This document shows, piece by piece, positions 40,027-49,824 of a stretch of 64,000 nt of DNA (its first letter is position 1; every line of letters starts with the position of its first letter). The notes under the pieces were generated by a model. That model had not been told where the DNA came from, ran no database searches, and saw nothing but the letters and a program-made list of their open reading frames with translations. Source of the stretch: a bacterium. Lineage in GTDB: Bacteria > Desulfobacterota > DSWW01. The stretch is taken from NCBI GenBank assembly GCA_040756235.1, contig JBFLZG010000081.1, positions 1 to 64,000 of the forward strand, written 5' to 3'. The position numbers and the translations under genes are program-made.

Positions 40027-42789
40027 CTATTCAATCTGCACCCGGCCTGTCAGGCCCAGGTCTTCGAGGGCTTGTCTGAGATCCGTCTCGAAACTCCGCG
40101 CGAGGTGCTCGTCCACAGTCACAGAGAACCTGATCCCGACCTTGAGGTCAAAACCGCTCCGCAGCTTCGGCAACACTCTCGTCCCCAGTCTATTCCATAT
40201 CTCGGGCGGCACGTCTCCGGAGATGCGGAAGGTCTTCTTGGTAGATCCTGACACAGGCATCGGCTCGGGCGGCGGACCCGGTTCAGGGGTGGGCTCCGGC
40301 TTTGGCGCGGGCCCCGGCTCGGGACGGCCACCCGGCACGGGCTCCGGCACGGCTTTGAGAGCCCTCGCCCGATCCTTCAAGAGCAAGAAAACACCGGATT
40401 CAAAAGTGACATCCGCCGGGTCCGTGAACTCGTTGAACAACACGCGCTCGTAGCCGCCATCCGGTTTCTGGCCTGAAGCCAATCCGAGATCGCCCCTCGT
40501 CACGAACTCGACGATTTTCCCGCGCAGGATCGTGTCCGGGTCGAGAAGACGAGTCAAAGAGCCATTCAGAAAGCTCTGCCTCAGACTCGACAATGGCCAA
40601 GCTCCGGACTCCTTCAAGGCCGGAGGCCAGTTCCGCTCGATGTAGCCAGCACCCACTGACTCATTGAGCAGGGCCTGGGACTTCAGCGCAGTGACGACGC
40701 GTCCACAAAGTGTCTCGCTCCCGCTCGAATGCCCCGCTCCGAGGTCGATGGTCTTCAGCCCATCAGGTTCTCGGTTGTCCGAGATGACCGCAAAACGATA
40801 GCCGCCCCAGACCTCGTCTTTGGCAGCCTCTTCAGAGTCGGCCACCTTCGACTGGAGTTCCGCTCTATCCGCCCGGTCGAACTCGCCGCCGAGCGTCCCG
40901 TCCGCGATCTCCTTGGCCACGCGCTTCCACGCGAGCCACAGCTCGACCTTTTCCCGAAAGTCGCGGCCGGGCTTCTTCAGGCACCATACAAGCGAGCCAG
41001 GATAAAGCCTGGGCGACTTCCCACGCTGCTTCGTCCACAGTGCAATGTGCTCGCGCAACGAGCCAGTTCCAGTCCACTCGGACTCCGGTTCGACGATGAC
41101 AAGAGTGAGCTTCGGGGTGTCCTGCACAGCCGACCCATCCTCAGGGAACGGCACAACCGGGATACTCGCTCCCCTGTCAAACTCCTTTTGGATGAGCGCC
41201 CGCATGGCGGGCTTGATCTCGGAATCCTCATCAAGAGATGCCCGCCGGTCGCTGACCACCTTTTTCATGGTGGGCTGGTGGCTGATCTTGAAACCGTCCG
41301 AGCCGACGCGCCGGAAAAAGTACGATTTGTCTTCCAGCGTAAACGCTGCCGTATCCACCGAGGTTGTATCGACCTCCGGTTCGCCGAGGGCGAATCGCAG
41401 CTCTGGTAGGTGGGCTACCTTGTCCACCTGTCCACCCGAGGACTCAAAGAGAATCGCCGTTCCCACTCGGCGGTGGATGTTCCGCAAGGCTCCCTTGGTA
41501 TCCCCATCGAGCGCCCGGGCGTGCGACTGGGCTCCGGAGATGTCCGAGTCGATGGCTGCCACAAGGCGCGATTCGCCGAGTTGGCCGAGCACAACACTCC
41601 TGAACTCCATCACCTCCAAAGGCGCGGACCCGAGGGTGATAAGTGGTTCGCGGCGCGCCTCGGTGAACCCTGTGCGATAAGCCCAGGAAATCCACTGCGC
41701 GAGCATGGCGAGCGTCCCGCGCGTCTGCTGGTACTGCGAAAGGGCCTGCCATTTCCGCTGGAACACAGAGAGCGTGGCCGGATGGAACGGGTAACAGACC
41801 TCGAAGCGTCCTTGCAGGTATTCTCTGGACTTCGCCTCGGTTGTGGCGCTATCCACGGCCGTCCATTCCGGCGGAAGCTGTGCGCGCCGCTCGAAGCACC
41901 AATCCGCGAATGTCTTGGAGACGTTCTTACGGATCCGCTCGGTGCCGATATCCTCGAACAGGCGACGGCGGACCACTTCGCTGATCTCGGTCTCGTCATT
42001 AGCGATGAGGTCCTTTGCCACCCGGCGAACCACCTTCGTGATCCTGTCCTGCCACTGCATGTCCCAGTCGGTCATCTCGACCTGACTTCGGGGCAAGCTG
42101 ATGATCGCTGCGCCTCGCGTAGTGCCGGTCGTCGCCACAGTCAGGTTCTGAATGAAGGCGTGGAACTGGTCGGCCATGCCGCGGTGGCGGTTCAGGAAGT
42201 TCAGCACCTCATCAAAAAGGACCAGCACCGGCCCGCCTGCTGCCTTGAACACACGCGCGAGGGACTCTGTGCCTGGCGGCGTGGTCTTGGCCGCCCGACC
42301 AAGCTCCTTGACTCCTTTCTCTCCGGCAAGCTGCCAGGCCACATCAATCCACGGGGTCTCCCGTCCTTCCCGCGGATCCCAGGCGTTGCCCACAAAGACG
42401 GCGACCTTGGCCTGCGGGACCGTGCTTACGCCTGCCTCCTGGATCAGCGCACTTACGCCTGGATACTCCCCGGCCTTGGCCCCGTTCGTGACCAAATGAT
42501 AGAGCGCGGTCAGCGTGTGCGTCTTCCCGCCACCGAATTGGGTGATGAGCGTCATGACGGGTGACGTATTCGCCGTTTCACCTGAGAGTCGCCGGAGCAC
42601 CATTCCCGCATGCTCGCGCAGCGCCCGCGTGAAGCAAGTCCGAGCGAAGAACTGCTTCGGCTCCCGGTAGTCCTCAGGCGCCGTCTTCGCGATGACCTGC
42701 TCCAGATGGATGGCAAATTCGTCCGGGTTGAACGACCGGCCCTCGCGGACTTCTCTTCGCGGCGTGGCAACTTTGTACCAGGGCTCCAT
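40027..42789 (-). CDS. DUF499 AAA+ ATPase
   Basis: PWYKVATPR...FAIHL, Walker A QFGGGKTH, Walker B LVLFDE, YPFHP, FQRKW...QQTRGTL; Pro-rich linker near C-terminus; TGATG overlap with HEPN gene. Confidence 0.85.
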   Translation of the reverse strand: MEPWYKVATPRREVREGRSFNPDEFAIHLEQVIAKTAPEDYREPKQFFARTCFTRALREHAGMVLRRLSGETANTSPVMTLITQFGGGKTHTLTALYHLVTNGAKAGEYPGVSALIQEAGVSTVPQAKVAVFVGNAWDPREGRETPWIDVAWQLAGEKGVKELGRAAKTTPPGTESLARVFKAAGGPVLVLFDEVLNFLNRHRGMADQFHAFIQNLTVATTGTTRGAAIISLPRSQVEMTDWDMQWQDRITKVVRRVAKDLIANDETEISEVVRRRLFEDIGTERIRKNVSKTFADWCFERRAQLPPEWTAVDSATTEAKSREYLQGRFEVCYPFHPATLSVFQRKWQALSQYQQTRGTLAMLAQWISWAYRTGFTEARREPLITLGSAPLEVMEFRSVVLGQLGESRLVAAIDSDISGAQSHARALDGDTKGALRNIHRRVGTAILFESSGGQVDKVAHLPELRFALGEPEVDTTSVDTAAFTLEDKSYFFRRVGSDGFKISHQPTMKKVVSDRRASLDEDSEIKPAMRALIQKEFDRGASIPVVPFPEDGSAVQDTPKLTLVIVEPESEWTGTGSLREHIALWTKQRGKSPRLYPGSLVWCLKKPGRDFREKVELWLAWKRVAKEIADGTLGGEFDRADRAELQSKVADSEEAAKDEVWGGYRFAVISDNREPDGLKTIDLGAGHSSGSETLCGRVVTALKSQALLNESVGAGYIERNWPPALKESGAWPLSSLRQSFLNGSLTRLLDPDTILRGKIVEFVTRGDLGLASGQKPDGGYERVLFNEFTDPADVTFESGVFLLLKDRARALKAVPEPVPGGRPEPGPAPKPEPTPEPGPPPEPMPVSGSTKKTFRISGDVPPEIWNRLGTRVLPKLRSGFDLKVGIRFSVTVDEHLARSFETDLRQALEDLGLTGRVQIE

Positions 42790-43214
42790 CACTTCCTCCT
42801 GCGCCGAAGCGCCTGCCGGGGAAGGCGCCTTCGGACTTGATCGCGAACACGGCGCGCAATCCTCACAGCCTCTGCGGCTTGCCTGGTCGTTGCAGGTTCG
42901 AGCCCTCCTGGATAGCGAGTAGCCGTGGCGTAAGGCGTTAGCCTGTCCTGTTCTTCCGTCGAGAGATCGGGACGCACGTCCGGAGGAAGCATGTCCACCA
43001 GGTGACGGATATCGTGCGTCTTTGGGAAGTCCGTGCGGCTCAGCACGAGCAGGACCTTGATGTATTTTTCGACACACTGCTGCGCATGAAAGCAGATGAT
43101 CTCGGCCGACCACTGTTCCTTCTCACCGAGCAGGCGAGTGGCGCAGGTCAAATCGGCCTCAGCCTTCTCAACCCATTCGGCCAGGATGGTATTGAGCTCA
43201 TCCCCCTCGGTCAT
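42789..43214 (-). CDS. HEPN-domain protein
   Basis: WVEKAEADL, CFHAQQCVEKYIK, PKTHDI, TRYP. Confidence 0.85.
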   Translation of the reverse strand: MTEGDELNTILAEWVEKAEADLTCATRLLGEKEQWSAEIICFHAQQCVEKYIKVLLVLSRTDFPKTHDIRHLVDMLPPDVRPDLSTEEQDRLTPYATATRYPGGLEPATTRQAAEAVRIARRVRDQVRRRLPRQALRRRRK

Positions 43215-43527
43215 AGAGGACCTTTCCTTCCAGAAAAGCAGGCCGCTCGATGGTTCCCGGATACTTCTTCCGCCATTCGAAGTCCTCGGGGGTCGTAACG
43301 ATGATGTCCATGGGCACGGGAATATCGTGGAGCGCCGTTCGCACTTGCACCTGCTTCTCGCGTTTTGAGCCTTCTACGGGCATCACAACCAGGAGGTCCA
43401 CGTCACTGTCCGGTCCTCCTTGCCCGCGCGCATGAGACCCGAAGAGAATGATCCGCTCGGGCTGGAACTCCCTCACAATCCGACTGACCATCTTGCGAAT
43501 GTCTTTATTGACCGACCTTCTTCTCAT
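43198..43527 (-). CDS. Minimal nucleotidyltransferase (MNT)
   Basis: IILFGSHARG...DSDVDLLVV, GKVLY. Confidence 0.9.
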   Translation of the reverse strand: MRRRSVNKDIRKMVSRIVREFQPERIILFGSHARGQGGPDSDVDLLVVMPVEGSKREKQVQVRTALHDIPVPMDIIVTTPEDFEWRKKYPGTIERPAFLEGKVLYDRGG

Positions 43528-43541
43528 CGCATGTATTGTCC

Positions 43542-46500
43542 TTATCTCGGCACCGCCAGGAGCATAGCGTCCAAGAGACGCTTCTCCTCGCTGCCTCTCT
43601 GATAGAGAGCTGAAAGTGCGTTGGCCAGGCGCAGAAAGTCCGGGCCGCGATCCTGCTCGGCTCTAATCAGCATCCGTAGCGCATTCGCGTGGCCTCCAGC
43701 CTGCAGGAGCATCGCCGCATGTACCCGATCGAGTGTAGTTGACTCGCGCATGGCGGCAGGTTCCACTGCCGAGGGGTCTACCGTCACCTGCCGTCCGCCT
43801 CGTGAGTGCCCGCGAATCTTCGGAGTGCCGTCCTCAGAAGAGTCAGGAAACAACCCAAGCTGGAGAGGCTTTGTGGGGTCCTCTGCGATCCAGTCCGCAG
43901 CGGCGCCGGCCACGTTCTCGCCAAAGAGTAGCCTGGCTCGCTCGGAGACGGAGAGAAGGCGCACTATGCCCTTCTTCGTCTCGATCACGCGACCTTCCCA
44001 TTTGGGGAGCCCGATGCCCAGGGGTTGAGCAAAGCGCCGAACCACGTCGAAGATCAGACTGTAGCCCTTGGCCTTGCCATTTTGGGCGACTTCCTCCTCG
44101 TCCTCCTCTGCCCCTTCTTCTCCCTCTCCCTCCCGGAGAGGATCGGGCCGAGAGTCGCCATTCGTGCTCTGCAATGTCCAAAGGAAGAGCGCCGTGAGCC
44201 TTGCGTCCTCCTCGAGCGCACCTGCCACGCCGTTCCTGGCCCGGGCCTCGGCCGTGCCGAGCACCTGTTCGAGCGCGGTACGCCCGACAACCTCCCAGAC
44301 TTTCTCCAGGTATTCGGCGAGCTTCACCTCGCGGCCCTCGGCAGTCTCGACCTTCGAGTATCGGCTGAAAATCTCCAGCGCCGGGCCGATGCAGGCGAAG
44401 ACGAGGTCGGCACCGCGCACGCCCTCTCCCTGGAGCCGCTCCATCCAGTCACCGACACGTCTCGGTAGTTCTCGCAGCACTTCCGCCCAGTCACCCACCG
44501 GCGCCTCCTCGGGGCGCGGGCGGCAGACAAGATGGACGCTAGTTGCAAGGGCCGCGGAGTCTATGGAGATCAGCCTACCTGGTCGTTCTGTGGCAATTGG
44601 CCACGATGCAGTAATCGTCCAGCCGCCTCTTGTAATGCCAGAGAGAAGAGCTTCCCATCCCTGTGTTGTCTTGTGCGCGAAGACCACACAGCTAATACCA
44701 TCGTCTCGAAGGACGCGCCGTCCCTCTTCAAACGCACTGGCCATCTGAGATTCGTAAAAGTTACGATCCTTAGCTCGTCCATCGGTCTGCTTCCGATAGG
44801 GATCTTGGACGATCTCTCTCCGCTTTGGTGACAACCGATTGTCGCCATCGAAAGGATCATGAAATAGCGAACAATTGACAAGGGCTCTCTTGAGCCACAC
44901 CAGGAAGAAATCAGAGAGGTCTGCGTACGCCACGGCATCGTAATAGGGTGGGTCAGTGAACCAGACGGCTGATCCTTGGTCGGGAAGCGGTGACTTCGTA
45001 GCGTCGGCCAACTGGACCTGACCTGGTCTGCTTCTGCGCGGCCACGCTTCAACGACTCGGGAAACCCAGTCGAGCGCCCCATCGAAGTTTCCTGAAGATT
45101 CAGTCCAAGGAACGGGTTCGCTGAAGTCCCAAACCATGGGCAAAGCCTGACGTCCGAATGTGCCCCGGATGAACTCCCCAGACGCCACCCAAGTTGTCTG
45201 GGCAGATCCATAGTCTGAAAGCCGACTAACGACGAGTCCAACTATGTCCCTTGTACACGTTCCACCCCTGCCTTCCACCCCCTTCCCAAGAGAAGTGAGC
45301 AAGAGTTTCTGCCTTGCTGTGAAGAGATCGCCAAACTCTTTCACCCCATACAGGAGAACCCGAAAGCCCGAGTTGCCCTTTTCTCGCTCTCTTGGTATCA
45401 GATCGTCCGGTACAGGGCGCAGACCATCCATTCCGCCTTGCTTCCATTCAGCAATGGTTGCATTCAATCGTTTCTGAGCCCTCCAAACGGCTTCATAATC
45501 GCGATCGGTCGCAAGTCGGTAGCGCCGGCCCGGGATTCCCGGCTGTAATTTCACCACAGCCAGAATCCGCGCACCACCGATTCGACTCTTTTCTCTGTTG
45601 AAGGCCGCATCCGCTCCGCCACGCTGCTCCGTCAGTTGGGCACGAACACGATCCGGTGGCAACACCGTCCCGCAGCATAGGCACGTAGCCCTTGCGCGGG
45701 TGACCGTCCCGCCGGGTACCTCTCGGTCGCTGTTTGGCTCGAACATCTCGAAATCGACTCGAGGCGGCTTGCCCTTAGGCCTCACGACCCGGTACCGCAG
45801 CGCCCGCTTGCGGCTCTCCTTCTTGCACAGCCAGAACGAGCGCACGAGCGGAATCTCGGCTCCGCAGTTGGGGGCTTCGCACTTCACCGTCCGAGCCCAG
45901 AGGTACGCGATGGGTGTGGAACCATCGGGGTCCTTGGGGTAGAACTCGGCCAGTTTCTTCTCGGCTTCCTTCTTGATCTTGCCGCCGACCCGGCGCAGCT
46001 CCTCGGCCAGATCTGGTCCATGGCGAGGGATGTCTTCCAGCATGACCTTGAGAATCAGGCAGGCCACCGGGTTGAGGTCGCTCGCAAACGCATCGCAACC
46101 AAGCCGCAGCGCCTCCAGTGGGATGGACCCACCGCCGGCAAACGGGTCTACCACGAGCGGCGCCTCCTCTCCATGCGCGGCTTTGACCAGTCCCCGGCCG
46201 ACCTCTAGATAAGTCGGGTGGCTCGACACATCCCAGTTTGCAAAATCGCCGATGAACTTGAGCAATGACTTCCGAAGGTGTTCATCTTTCCGGCCGACCT
46301 TACCAACGAGCTGCGGAAGAAGGTCTCGTGCTTTTTCCTTGAAGTCCTTGGGGCACTTCTCATCGCACGGGTCGGGAAGAAGCAATCCAAGGAGCATCGC
46401 TCGGCAGGCAGCCAACGGCCGCCGCGCCCACCAGAGGTGGAGGGTGGATGGATGCCCATGCCGGATCGACTTCTCCCGCGCCGCGTGCTTCGAAACCACG

Positions 46501-46550
46501 GCAATGGGGAAGTCGACTTCCGCCAAGCGCTTACATTCCTTTGGAATCAT
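43542..46550 (-). CDS. DUF1156 amino-DNA methyltransferase
   Basis: HLWWARRPL, DPFAGGGSIPLEA, Zn-finger-like CEAPNC/CLCC, TDPPYY. Confidence 0.9.
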   Translation of the reverse strand: MIPKECKRLAEVDFPIAVVSKHAAREKSIRHGHPSTLHLWWARRPLAACRAMLLGLLLPDPCDEKCPKDFKEKARDLLPQLVGKVGRKDEHLRKSLLKFIGDFANWDVSSHPTYLEVGRGLVKAAHGEEAPLVVDPFAGGGSIPLEALRLGCDAFASDLNPVACLILKVMLEDIPRHGPDLAEELRRVGGKIKKEAEKKLAEFYPKDPDGSTPIAYLWARTVKCEAPNCGAEIPLVRSFWLCKKESRKRALRYRVVRPKGKPPRVDFEMFEPNSDREVPGGTVTRARATCLCCGTVLPPDRVRAQLTEQRGGADAAFNREKSRIGGARILAVVKLQPGIPGRRYRLATDRDYEAVWRAQKRLNATIAEWKQGGMDGLRPVPDDLIPREREKGNSGFRVLLYGVKEFGDLFTARQKLLLTSLGKGVEGRGGTCTRDIVGLVVSRLSDYGSAQTTWVASGEFIRGTFGRQALPMVWDFSEPVPWTESSGNFDGALDWVSRVVEAWPRRSRPGQVQLADATKSPLPDQGSAVWFTDPPYYDAVAYADLSDFFLVWLKRALVNCSLFHDPFDGDNRLSPKRREIVQDPYRKQTDGRAKDRNFYESQMASAFEEGRRVLRDDGISCVVFAHKTTQGWEALLSGITRGGWTITASWPIATERPGRLISIDSAALATSVHLVCRPRPEEAPVGDWAEVLRELPRRVGDWMERLQGEGVRGADLVFACIGPALEIFSRYSKVETAEGREVKLAEYLEKVWEVVGRTALEQVLGTAEARARNGVAGALEEDARLTALFLWTLQSTNGDSRPDPLREGEGEEGAEEDEEEVAQNGKAKGYSLIFDVVRRFAQPLGIGLPKWEGRVIETKKGIVRLLSVSERARLLFGENVAGAAADWIAEDPTKPLQLGLFPDSSEDGTPKIRGHSRGGRQVTVDPSAVEPAAMRESTTLDRVHAAMLLQAGGHANALRMLIRAEQDRGPDFLRLANALSALYQRGSEEKRLLDAMLLAVPR

Positions 46551-49507
46551 TCGCTGCTTCCCACTGCAATTGCACTTGGAAGATCCATACCATAGCGATC
46601 CTGTCGAACACGGAAGGCCTCACGGCCCCCCTCCATGATGTCAATCACTGACTGTACGATATCGTCATTGTCAATTGATCCGTGTTTCTCGACTTTCGCC
46701 TTGCGGTCGCTAATCGCATTCAAGACGATCACTTGCTCGGCATCACCGGACACCACAATGTTCGGGTTGTGAGTGCAAACAATGATCTGTCGTTTCTCCT
46801 TAAGCGCTGCAAGGATATCAGCGAGAACCTGGCCAATGAGCCGATTATCCAAGTTGTCCTCCGGCTGATCGATGACGAGCGGCGTCGTTTCAGCTAATGC
46901 GATGAGTGGAAGCATCGCACTCGACCTTTGGCCTGGAGACAGTTCTCCAACTGGTCGGTCGTTCAGAAGGATGCTCTCTTCGTCGTCCCACTCGGTCTCC
47001 TCCAGTTTCATTAGGTTCATCAGGCGATCACCACTATCTTGGAGAGACTCGACCTGAGCGGCCTCGTCCATTGCCCACGGTCTCAGCAAGTCAATCGCCT
47101 TCTGGGCTTCAGCGGGTGTGATCTGCTGTGTCGATGGATCATCGGCTAACTGACGTCCGGCAAATACATCGGCCTCAGTGGCTACCAGCGCCTCCACCAG
47201 GGTTACGGGATTAAAGTGGGCGGCGAGGATTTCTGGTATCCGTCGGTTCATGTACTGCCTCGCAAAGGCAGCTGCGATCTTGAATCGGGAAATCGCCTCA
47301 ATGAAATGTCGTACATCACGTCCCGCTTGGAAGAGCAGTGATATCTTCATGTGGCCGGCGAAATGTTGATTGAGCATCGTCTCAGTCTTCTCGTTACAAC
47401 GCGCCCGAATTCCCGCGATCCGATCGTGGGCTTGTATCAGCTGGTCTGCGCTTTGTTTCCGCGCTGCCAGCGTAATTTGAAGACGCCTCCACGTCTTCAG
47501 ATACTCATCGCGCAAAGCGGATACTTCGCGCAATCTACGCTCGGCATTCGCTCGAAGGTCGGCGATCTTTTGCATTGACGAGTCGTCAGCAAAAGAAGTC
47601 CTGATCTGCGATTGGATTGCCTCGATTTCACTCTCGCTCAGGACGATTTGCTGACCCAACAGTTCGACCAGTCCGTTCAGCACTTGGGCAGCGGATGAGA
47701 TGTACTTTTGCACATCTGCCTCGGAATCAACAATCTTGAGTTTTCGTGTCGCATCTGTCAGCCACCAATCACGGAGTGTCTGAGGTGCCCGGCCAAGGAG
47801 TTCCGTCAGGCCCTCACGTAGGGAGGCAACGTCTAGATCGCTCAGCTTGGTGGCAAATGAATCGACGTTCTCTCGAATGTGCCGTAAGACGTGAGCCTTC
47901 ATCTGGGCGAGGTCGAGGTCGGCAAAGTGCTTCTTAACGTCTTCGGTGTTAAGCCTTTCGAAGGCGCTCTTGTATTCGGAATAGCGACGGATCATACCGT
48001 TCTGGCGCTCGTAGATGATCTTCAGCTCGCCTATGATCTTTTCAACGTCCTTTCGGTTGGCTTGAAGCTGTTGGCGCAGCTTGTCGCGTTCCTGCCTGAC
48101 CGCAGCCAATTCCGGGACCAGACGATCCAAGAGATCTCGCTGCCGTGCGGGGTCCCGGCCGAGCGTCTCGATTTCGCTCCATCCAAAGAGTCGCATGGGG
48201 TAATCGCCACTGGATTCGATGTCAGCAACGCATAGTTGCTCGCCATCGGGGGCAAGTACCTTAGTTGCATAATCCTCTTGCGGATCGAAGGTGGCTTCGA
48301 GGACACGCCTCTCGCCTGCCTGGGTCTGATAGACAACCCGAATAAGGCAGCCGGACAGATTTGCCTTCTGCATTTCACGAATGCGATCGGAGAGCTTGTT
48401 TGTCGCGTCGAGTTCTGAAAGTGTACGGTTGTAACCAAACACGAAGCGTAGAGCCTCGACGATTGTCGATTTGCCGGAGCCCCGGGGACCGATGAGGCAG
48501 TTGAGGTTTTCTGCAAAGGCGATGCGTTCCTCCTTGAACAGCGACTGGTCATCACCAATAATTTCAAGGCCGACAAGAAGAGGGCTTGGGGGCCTTGGCA
48601 GGTCAGATGCGAAGCGGATTCTCGTTTCGGAGAATCTCAGTGCGTCACGAAGGCCCTTGAGGCCCAAATTCGTCATCTTGACCCAGGTGACCAGGTTTGT
48701 CTGGGCGAAGTCCTCGATGCAGTGAGCGTCGAACCGCATCGTCACGGGAATTGCCACCTTCGCAGGTGCTCTCCACCGATAGTGCCTCTTGTCCGCAGCT
48801 CTCGCAATCTCAAGAGCGTTCAAGCGGAGGGAGAAGAGGAAGTTCTTCAGTTCATCGGAAAGATCCCGTTCCTGTTCAGCCTGTGTATGTGAATCGATTG
48901 CCAGAAGTTTGATAATATCAGCGCCAGTTTGACGGAAGTGGTGCCGGACGCCTTGTTGTGAATCGACGTGCGCAGCAATACAGATACCGCCCTCAGCCTG
49001 AATCCGCTCAATGAACTCCGCCAAACGTAGTCCACGGACTTCTTCGTACCCCGTCCTGCGTGCGTCCTCCGGGATTTCGTGAAGCCCTGCAAACAGCCTA
49101 CTGAAGCTTTCCACGGTTGATCCCTCCGGGAGGATGGCGAGAATATGCAGCCTCGAGCAACTGATCGCCGCCTCGGGTCGGAGGCTCACCTCCATTCCAG
49201 GGAGCACTAGAAAATCCTTCTGGTTTCGGGTAGCGCTGGACACTCTACTGGCATAGGTGCACTTCATGTGATCTGTGACGACTACCAAGTCCAGGTGCTC
49301 TTTCAGAGCATTAACAAACTCGGCTTCGCCGCCTACGGCAAGAAATTTGTTGCGATCATTCAGCGTTCCATTTCCCGTTCGGTTCCAGTCGTGACTGTCG
49401 GGAGAGTGCAGGTGAAGCGCCACTCGGCGGAAACGCGCAGTCCGTTTCCGAAGCTCGTCCAAAGTGGCAAACAAATCACGGTAGTATAAGGACTCCTGGG
49501 GGGTCAT
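46547..49507 (-). CDS. PHP phosphoesterase fused to SMC/ABC-type ATPase (Ppl/TrlF-like)
   Basis: HLHSPDS, TDH, AHVD, DAH; GPRGSGKST, coiled coil, LSPGQ, IDQPEDNLDN, THN. Confidence 0.8.
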   Translation of the reverse strand: MTPQESLYYRDLFATLDELRKRTARFRRVALHLHSPDSHDWNRTGNGTLNDRNKFLAVGGEAEFVNALKEHLDLVVVTDHMKCTYASRVSSATRNQKDFLVLPGMEVSLRPEAAISCSRLHILAILPEGSTVESFSRLFAGLHEIPEDARRTGYEEVRGLRLAEFIERIQAEGGICIAAHVDSQQGVRHHFRQTGADIIKLLAIDSHTQAEQERDLSDELKNFLFSLRLNALEIARAADKRHYRWRAPAKVAIPVTMRFDAHCIEDFAQTNLVTWVKMTNLGLKGLRDALRFSETRIRFASDLPRPPSPLLVGLEIIGDDQSLFKEERIAFAENLNCLIGPRGSGKSTIVEALRFVFGYNRTLSELDATNKLSDRIREMQKANLSGCLIRVVYQTQAGERRVLEATFDPQEDYATKVLAPDGEQLCVADIESSGDYPMRLFGWSEIETLGRDPARQRDLLDRLVPELAAVRQERDKLRQQLQANRKDVEKIIGELKIIYERQNGMIRRYSEYKSAFERLNTEDVKKHFADLDLAQMKAHVLRHIRENVDSFATKLSDLDVASLREGLTELLGRAPQTLRDWWLTDATRKLKIVDSEADVQKYISSAAQVLNGLVELLGQQIVLSESEIEAIQSQIRTSFADDSSMQKIADLRANAERRLREVSALRDEYLKTWRRLQITLAARKQSADQLIQAHDRIAGIRARCNEKTETMLNQHFAGHMKISLLFQAGRDVRHFIEAISRFKIAAAFARQYMNRRIPEILAAHFNPVTLVEALVATEADVFAGRQLADDPSTQQITPAEAQKAIDLLRPWAMDEAAQVESLQDSGDRLMNLMKLEETEWDDEESILLNDRPVGELSPGQRSSAMLPLIALAETTPLVIDQPEDNLDNRLIGQVLADILAALKEKRQIIVCTHNPNIVVSGDAEQVIVLNAISDRKAKVEKHGSIDNDDIVQSVIDIMEGGREAFRVRQDRYGMDLPSAIAVGSSE

Positions 49508-49824
49508 TTTCAGTCCTCCCCGCTGCGTTCTTTCAACCCCTTCCCCCGGCCGATGTCAACTCGAGAATGGACAATTCCAACAACCTCCTCCTCGACCACC
49601 AAGCTTGTGAGTCTTTCGCGGAGCGTGTGCGACTACATGCTTCGGTCATCTCTGGATCTAGAAAATCCGGACACATTATCTGCGACTTTTCGATAGTGGA
49701 TAAAGACTTTGTATCCTCATTGCTTTGGGCTCTTCTTGGGCTCCATCATGGTTCTGCATTTCATATCCATTTTTGCCGCTCTATGGCTTCTTTGTTGTCG
49801 CGTTTGTCTGGTTTGTGTCGGGTT

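Noticed and set aside
42790..43113. 108-aa N-terminal extension of the DUF499 ORF
   Set aside because: Overlaps the HEPN gene in another frame; the TGATG coupling and RBS support a start at 42789
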